64,000 bases of DNA from Escherichia phage vB_EcoM_Ozark. The notes below the pieces were generated by a model. The model saw nothing but the letters and a program-made list of their open reading frames with translations. It ran no database searches and was not told the origin of the DNA. Positions 58,807 to 64,000 of this stretch are shown here, in pieces. The DNA is taken from sequence record NC_054927.1, one strand, 5' to 3'. A program made the position numbers and the translations under genes. Every line of letters starts with the position of its first letter. Position 1 is the stretch's first letter.

Positions 58807-58992
58807 TTAAAGCGTATTCACATAAGCTATTAATTCGTTTTCTTTCTTATCAAACCGATCAGCAAATTCTTCCTGTTGTTCGGGAGATAGCGGGCCGTAT
58901 TCATCATAAAAGGTGTTTGCTTCTGTATGCTCATCTAGAAGTTCATGGATAAGCTCAAACAATTTATCTTTTTGTTCTTTACTCAGACTCAT
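58807..58992 (-). CDS. hypothetical acidic protein (61 aa)
   Basis: ORF. Confidence 0.4.
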   Translation of the reverse strand: MSLSKEQKDKLFELIHELLDEHTEANTFYDEYGPLSPEQQEEFADRFDKKENELIAYVNTL

Positions 58993-59158
58993 ATATTAAT
59001 TTCCAGGAGTTTTAAAATAATTCGCTTTTGCTTAAATATTTCCATGGTTAAATGACCAGTATCTTTTTGACCGATTCCAATGGCAAAACCTTTATTGACA
59101 GCGAGTTCAATTAAATTATCAAGCTCACGTAACACTTCATATTGTAACTCAAAACTAT

Positions 59159-59386
59159 TCATTTTGGTTTACCTTCTTTAACGAAATCAGGATAAGGATA
59201 AAATCCTGAATAAAATCCTTCACCTTTATGATTGATGCATCCTTTATTAGAACAATAGCACCAATAATCGAAATCACAAGCCATTTCATCATTACATAAA
59301 GCAAAAACAACCGGCCATTCACACTTTTCGCAGTGGGCATTTTTAAGAATACTTGTTTGGCTCATAACCATGTAACCTTTAAGCAA
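59159..59386 (-). CDS. Cys-rich small protein (75 aa)
   Basis: CEKC...C...C..C.C...C motif. Confidence 0.4.
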   Translation of the reverse strand: MLKGYMVMSQTSILKNAHCEKCEWPVVFALCNDEMACDFDYWCYCSNKGCINHKGEGFYSGFYPYPDFVKEGKPK

Positions 59387-59574
59387 TATTCTTCTACGTG
59401 CTGTTTACGACCTTTCTTATCAATAAAGGTATATTCAACGAATGTTCCAATATAGTCTTTATCTACATCATGCGGACTATTAATTGGACATTTAGTACGG
59501 CAAATGCGTTCCCATTGACGAATAATTTCCACTTTGTTTTTAGGATCAAACGGATGCGGGTAATGTACTTTCAT
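59362..59574 (-). CDS. hypothetical protein (70 aa)
   Basis: ORF. Confidence 0.4.
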   Translation of the reverse strand: MKVHYPHPFDPKNKVEIIRQWERICRTKCPINSPHDVDKDYIGTFVEYTFIDKKGRKQHVEEYCLKVTWL

Positions 59575-60025
59575 AATCCACCACTATTAAATCAATATCA
59601 GGAGTAAACATGTCGATTAATTTAGAAACCTTATCCCAATCGCCGCCAGCAATACCGCAACCTATGCGTGGAATGTAAATTACTGGTTTAAACAAAAGGG
59701 TTTCTGCCTGTAGATTTAATTCTATCATGCAGTTTACTAAAGCACCATAATCAAGATTAGGACCCGGTTCATATTGCGTATACAGGTTATAGCATATACC
59801 AAATCCTGTAGGATTATGTTTAAAAACAATAGACATATCGCCTAATTTATCACGAGAACCGTACTCGGTAGTGGTTTTATCTATTTCCAAAATTTTAGGA
59901 TAGGCTCTTGCTAATTGACCTGCTACGCCGGAGCCCATTGTATGGAAGCAATTGCACCCGTGTGCAATAATATTACCTTGAAGAAATAGGGCGACAATAT
60001 CGCCCTTGATATATTTTACAATCAT
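59546..60025 (-). CDS. macrodomain protein (ADP-ribose binding/hydrolase-like), 159 aa
   Basis: GDIVALFLQGNIIAHGCNCFHTMGSGVAG and PRIGCGIAGGDW motifs typical of Macro domains. Confidence 0.6.
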   Translation of the reverse strand: MIVKYIKGDIVALFLQGNIIAHGCNCFHTMGSGVAGQLARAYPKILEIDKTTTEYGSRDKLGDMSIVFKHNPTGFGICYNLYTQYEPGPNLDYGALVNCMIELNLQAETLLFKPVIYIPRIGCGIAGGDWDKVSKLIDMFTPDIDLIVVDYESTLPASV

Positions 60026-60369
60026 CTAGTACTCAATCCTCGATTATAAGAATCTACTAAACGGTCAACCATTGAATGACAAGCGGCTTTATCTTTCTCC
60101 TCCGCAACTGAACATTCTAAGGTATTCCACTTTTTAGCATATCGTTTTAACAATGTATCATTTTTGTATCTGCTTGATTTATCTCTTTCTCCGTCTTTAT
60201 ATGCATATATTAATTTCTGCGCAAATTCAGCTTGGCATGCTTTATTTTTCCCACAATAATCCGCGGCAGTACGGTTTACATACTCTCTAATTTCAGTATA
60301 TGATGTATCTGCTGATGCAGAAGCAGAAAATGAAATTAATCCTATACATAAAACCAAAATTTTAGTCAT
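60022..60369 (-). CDS. secreted Cys-containing protein (115 aa, signal peptide)
   Basis: N-terminal signal peptide ending ASADT. Confidence 0.45.
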   Translation of the reverse strand: MTKILVLCIGLISFSASASADTSYTEIREYVNRTAADYCGKNKACQAEFAQKLIYAYKDGERDKSSRYKNDTLLKRYAKKWNTLECSVAEEKDKAACHSMVDRLVDSYNRGLSTR

Positions 60370-60907
60370 TTACTATTTCCAAAAGTTTATTATTTTTAAG
60401 GTAATTAGCCTTTTCTAGGACTTCAGAAGCATATTTAGAACCAGCTTTAACATTCCATCCCGAATTATAAGAGGATATTGCTTTTCTTATATCGCCCTTA
60501 TGTATATTTAACCAATAAGAAAGTTCAATGTACGCCCATGAAGCTGAATTGGATCGTTTATTCAACATTCTTTTTATTTCAGCATCGGTCATATTATAAC
60601 CAAGTTCCTTAACTCTTGCTCGCATAGTAGGCAAATAATTTTGGAACATTCCATAGGCGTGATGCTTTGGTTTAGATTTTAAATTAACTCCGCCAGAGCT
60701 TTCTTGCCATAAAATGGCTGCCATTATATGACCTAATCCGCTCTTGTGGATATTTTTATGTGTTTTATATTTTCCATCCTTAGAAAATTGTTCCCCGAAT
60801 TGATACGCGTAACGCATGTTATCGAGTTGGACATTACTGAAAGTATGCTCGGAGCTATGTGCCATCATTGAAATGGCCAATAGACCAGCGAGTAGTGCTT
60901 TTCTCAT
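60362..60907 (-). CDS. secreted lytic-transglycosylase-like protein (181 aa)
   Basis: signal peptide; WQESSGG...YGMFQN...YNSG resembles SLT catalytic motifs. Confidence 0.5.
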   Translation of the reverse strand: MRKALLAGLLAISMMAHSSEHTFSNVQLDNMRYAYQFGEQFSKDGKYKTHKNIHKSGLGHIMAAILWQESSGGVNLKSKPKHHAYGMFQNYLPTMRARVKELGYNMTDAEIKRMLNKRSNSASWAYIELSYWLNIHKGDIRKAISSYNSGWNVKAGSKYASEVLEKANYLKNNKLLEIVND

Positions 60908-60914
60908 GCTTACC

Positions 60915-61376
60915 TCATTGAGTTTTAATTACTGCTTTAGAAGCCTTTCCTGGTAAACGACGACTGTTAATAATTGCCATCCTACATTGAAGTGACGGGT
61001 CTTTGAACTTCTCATTAGGTTTACAAACTGTAAATCCAAGCCAAAGATTTCCATCTGTGATTTCTAAACGTCCAGGACGATATTCAACCCCATCAATAAA
61101 ATCCTCGTCAATGTCAGGACGCGGAGGCATACTCAGGAATTCATTAACTTCTAAAACATGGTCTTTTATTTTATGGAATAATTCAAAAACATATGTCTCA
61201 TCAATCTCCCGCTGAATTGCGCGATCAAGAAGATGCTGAGAATATTTTAGATGAAACGATGAGACCCCTGCTGCTTTTGATGCCTCACGAATCTCATTGT
61301 TAATTTGACGAAACTCCGACTCAAAGTGACGACGAAGCTTATTTCGACGGATAAAAACTTCTGTATTGATAGTCAT
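60915..61376 (-). CDS. regB: RegB endoribonuclease (153 aa)
   Basis: 153 aa; matches recalled T4 RegB. Confidence 0.8.
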   Translation of the reverse strand: MTINTEVFIRRNKLRRHFESEFRQINNEIREASKAAGVSSFHLKYSQHLLDRAIQREIDETYVFELFHKIKDHVLEVNEFLSMPPRPDIDEDFIDGVEYRPGRLEITDGNLWLGFTVCKPNEKFKDPSLQCRMAIINSRRLPGKASKAVIKTQ

Positions 61377-61403
61377 GTTGTTCTCCTCTTAACTGATAGA
61401 AAA

Positions 61404-61433
61404 ATTATACCACAGTCAAGAGGAAAAGTAAAC
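61404..61433 (-). promoter_or_regulatory. T4 early-type promoter upstream of regB (GTTTAC / TATAAT)
   Basis: fwd gtaaac 61428-61433, attata 61404-61409. Confidence 0.55.
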
Positions 61434-61435
61434 AG

Positions 61436-61756
61436 TTATTCTTTAAATCTGATCAATTTATTCATAGACTTTGAAACTTCTGCACGAACCTCATGTAGAT
61501 TTTTGAGCTGTTCAAGACGCTGCGTATAGTAAGCAATTTCATCTTCTTCGAGACAGTCCTGTGAATCTTCTTTAAGATAACGTGCATAGTCCTGAAAAGC
61601 GTTACGAACTACTTCCTGAAAATCATCAAGACTTTGAATTTTCTTAGGAGCAGCAAATACACGACGAGGGGCAGTATAATACTCATAACCAAACCCTGCG
61701 CTTAATTGAGCCATTAGTATTTTTCCTCTGGTTGGAACACTGCACGACAAGCCCAC
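61436..61756 (-). CDS. hypothetical protein (106 aa)
   Basis: ORF. Confidence 0.4.
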   Translation of the reverse strand: MGLSCSVPTRGKILMAQLSAGFGYEYYTAPRRVFAAPKKIQSLDDFQEVVRNAFQDYARYLKEDSQDCLEEDEIAYYTQRLEQLKNLHEVRAEVSKSMNKLIRFKE

Positions 61757-62016
61757 ATACTGGCTTCTTTGAGTTTCGTTTTAGCAATAGTTAACTGATC
61801 GAGGCTTTCGGTGTAATTCTTCGCGAGTTCATCATCTTCACAGCTATCAAATGCTTCCCAAAATTCATCGTATAAAGCATCAAAGATAAGTCCTAAACGA
61901 ACTTCAGCGTCTTTAATAGCATTTACTTTACCGATTTTTTCGTCGGTATGTGGCTTATAACCTTTAATATCTTCAATCATATTTGACTTCCTCACCAGTA
62001 CATAAATCGTATTCAA
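61714..62016 (-). CDS. hypothetical protein (100 aa; start likely internal)
   Basis: ORF. Confidence 0.4.
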   Translation of the reverse strand: MNTIYVLVRKSNMIEDIKGYKPHTDEKIGKVNAIKDAEVRLGLIFDALYDEFWEAFDSCEDDELAKNYTESLDQLTIAKTKLKEASMWACRAVFQPEEKY

Positions 62017-62194
62017 CTAAACGAATAGGTTCATGAATGCCATATCCATGAACAGAAATTTCTGTAGTAGGATAAATTCCATTAATATCACCCATGTTCC
62101 ATGCTTCGTTAAATTGCTGTTCGCCTGAATTACTAAACCACTCGGCGAAAGCATTTAGCACATCTTCAGAACCTTCAATAATTATCTTTGCCAT
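61973..62194 (-). CDS. hypothetical protein (73 aa)
   Basis: ATGA overlap with upstream gene. Confidence 0.4.
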   Translation of the reverse strand: MAKIIIEGSEDVLNAFAEWFSNSGEQQFNEAWNMGDINGIYPTTEISVHGYGIHEPIRLVEYDLCTGEEVKYD

Positions 62195-62556
62195 TACAAA
62201 CTCTCGGTAAAGGTACGAGCGATAACATCGCGCTGCTGTTCCGGAGTCAGAGAGTTAAAGCGAACTGCATAACCGGATACACGGATGGTCAGCTGCGGAT
62301 ATTTTTCCGGATGCTTAACTGCATCTTCCAGAGTTTCGCGACGCAGAACGTTTACGTTCAGGTGCTGACCACCTTCAATTTTAACTGTAGGCTGTTGCTC
62401 AATTTCAATTTCACGGGCATGCAAACCGTAGAAAATTTCTGGGTCTACAAAAGAGTCCTCTTTAAAGGTTTTAGAGACAATAATTCGTGCTTGAATACCA
62501 TCTTCAAAATAAATAGTGCCTTTGTGTGTGCCTTCAAGAATTTGATATGCTTTCAT
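62194..62556 (-). CDS. autonomous glycyl radical cofactor (GrcA/YfiD-like), 120 aa
   Basis: C-terminal RVSGYAVRF glycyl-radical motif; 3-prime half GC-rich and host-like. Confidence 0.8.
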   Translation of the reverse strand: MKAYQILEGTHKGTIYFEDGIQARIIVSKTFKEDSFVDPEIFYGLHAREIEIEQQPTVKIEGGQHLNVNVLRRETLEDAVKHPEKYPQLTIRVSGYAVRFNSLTPEQQRDVIARTFTESL

Positions 62557-62563
62557 ATAAACC

Positions 62564-62893
62564 TCAATTAGAAAATAAATTTATCCAAGATTGTTCTTTA
62601 ATTAAAAATGGCTCAGAATCATATGCCATTAAACTTTGGGTAATTAATCCTTTAAAAGGTCCATCAATAAATTCCATGGTAAAATATGGAATTTTATTCA
62701 TTAGCCGCGCATTAGGAGCAGTGCACAAAACTCTGCATCCTTTGAATACGCCTTTTTGTAATTTGTATTGCTTGGGATAAAATTCGCTCAAAATGTTGTT
62801 ATTTGCCAAAATTTCAAAATGATTCACCAATTTATTTTTAATAGTTTTTGGCGAAAAATAAAGATATTCGAAAAGCTGAGTGTCTGTCATCAT
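62564..62893 (-). CDS. hypothetical protein (about 109 aa)
   Basis: start set to ATG 62893 (ATGA overlap with upstream stop). Confidence 0.4.
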   Translation of the reverse strand: MMTDTQLFEYLYFSPKTIKNKLVNHFEILANNNILSEFYPKQYKLQKGVFKGCRVLCTAPNARLMNKIPYFTMEFIDGPFKGLITQSLMAYDSEPFLIKEQSWINLFSN

Positions 62894-63429
62894 TGCATTC
62901 CGATTACGAAAAACTGTGGACGAGTAATACCACCAATGCAACATTTAATATTACAGCAGCAGTGTACAGTGTCAATATGGACACTATAAATCTTATCCAT
63001 ATCAGGAGATTTGACAGGCTCATCAATTATATATAAAATTCGCGAAAGCTTTAAACCTCTGAACTTGCTTCCTTTATTACCGATAAAACTGCGCACAGAA
63101 TCAGTAAATAAACGAAAACGTATATCATCATTAGAATAACGCGAAAATTCCTTTTTAATGTTATTTGCAGAAATTTTAGCGTAAGCTGAAGTATTAGAAA
63201 GAACAATAACTGTTCCGCCATCATACAACCAATTAGCAGCAAAGTTAGTCACAGCAATTGATTTACCGGATTGACGTCCACCGTCTAGTCGAAGTGTGCA
63301 ATACTGTTTAAGTAATTCTTCAAATGGCGGGATATATTCGTTTTTACAAATTTCTTCTACTCTAGCATCAGAATGGTGTGTAAAAGCATTCATCAGGGAT
63401 AGATAAGGACCAGTTAAAAATGTTCTCAT
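62890..63429 (-). CDS. hypothetical P-loop-containing protein (179 aa)
   Basis: GGRQSGKS Walker-A-like motif. Confidence 0.4.
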   Translation of the reverse strand: MRTFLTGPYLSLMNAFTHHSDARVEEICKNEYIPPFEELLKQYCTLRLDGGRQSGKSIAVTNFAANWLYDGGTVIVLSNTSAYAKISANNIKKEFSRYSNDDIRFRLFTDSVRSFIGNKGSKFRGLKLSRILYIIDEPVKSPDMDKIYSVHIDTVHCCCNIKCCIGGITRPQFFVIGMQ

Positions 63430-63569
63430 TTCTTCTCTCTAAATTTGGGCCATTCCGTGGCGCATGAATTGTCCATTTCTGTATTTACCCATTACCGCAC
63501 TTGGGCTCGACCTTATTACAGGTTGGCGGGAATCCCTCACAGAATCATGAGGTCCAGGTTGTTCCCATA

Positions 63570-63968
63570 TTATTTGAACGATTTAACGTACTGAATAGAA
63601 CCTTTACTATTCACGAAAGCGATTTTACCATTTTTATTATACATGGTAGCAGTACGCTGATAGCCATAAGTTTGCTTACCAGATTGATAACCAACTAATG
63701 CAAAATTATCTTCACCCATTTTATTCTGTTTAGCGCGAATGCGTTCATGACCATGTGCCATAAGAACCTTAGCATCACCAGTTGCAATGGATCGACGAGT
63801 TTTTTCATCTTCAACTGTATTAACAAAGTCGTCAAATGAATCAAATTTAGCATGAGATTTATTATACAGTTTTCCATCTACTGCATAATTATATCCCTGT
63901 ACATCCATCTCAACTTCTGTACCATCATCCAATACAGCAGTGATTTTCTGTCCTTTTTTAAATTTCAA
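63570..63968 (-). CDS. hypothetical protein (132 aa)
   Basis: ORF near window end. Confidence 0.4.
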   Translation of the reverse strand: MKFKKGQKITAVLDDGTEVEMDVQGYNYAVDGKLYNKSHAKFDSFDDFVNTVEDEKTRRSIATGDAKVLMAHGHERIRAKQNKMGEDNFALVGYQSGKQTYGYQRTATMYNKNGKIAFVNSKGSIQYVKSFK

Positions 63969-64000
63969 AAGATCAGTAAAAGATTCAGCAATAATTTGAG

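Noticed and set aside
63430-63569. Possible tRNA in the GC-rich intergenic segment
   Set aside because: Could not build an acceptor/D/anticodon/T cloverleaf on either strand by eye; needs tRNAscan-SE.
5237-63877. Other short ORFs overlapping longer genes on either strand (for example 5237..5449, 14425..14637, 15990..16226, 23198..23398, 25732..25917, 26938..27129, 33725..33988, 35817..36038, 40996..41220, 53577..53765, 54063..54257, 59155..59340, 63051..63242, 63695..63877)
   Set aside because: Each lies within or antisense to a better-supported gene, or spans a terminator/promoter; composition typical of spurious AT-rich ORFs.
1-64000. CRISPR arrays, rRNA genes, IS elements or transposons
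   Set aside because: No spaced direct repeats, no rRNA-like conserved stretches, no transposase-like ORFs or terminal inverted repeats seen.

Overview
AT-rich 64 kb window that reads as the early/replication region of a T4-like (T-even, Tequatrovirus-type) phage, colinear with the T4 map from rIIA to regB. Almost every gene is on the minus strand, tightly packed, often joined by ATGA/TAATG start-stop overlaps. Recognisable genes include rIIA, a fused (T2-type, 606 aa) gene 39 topoisomerase subunit, dexA, dda, modA/modB, soc, 56, 61, 41, uvsX, 42, imm, 43, regA, 62, 44, 45, rpbA, 46, 47, alpha-gt, 55, nrdH/nrdG/nrdD, 49, nrdC, rI, tk and regB. Minus-strand intergenic regions carry repeated T4-early-type promoters (GTTTAC -35, TATAAT-like -10), MotA-box middle promoters, TATAAATA late promoters and GC hairpins with UUCG-type loops. 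The most interesting parts are accessory: a nucleotidyltransferase/ATPase/membrane-protein cluster in the nrdC-tk region, a macrodomain protein near tk, a GrcA-like gene with a host-like GC-rich 3-prime half, two HNH endonuclease genes, a GT-A glycosyltransferase at the beta-gt locus and several tandem paralog sets. Everything rests on reading the sequence and recalled T4 knowledge; no searches were run. The supplied ORF track appears to allow non-ATG starts, so 5-prime ends are approximate unless I state that I checked them.
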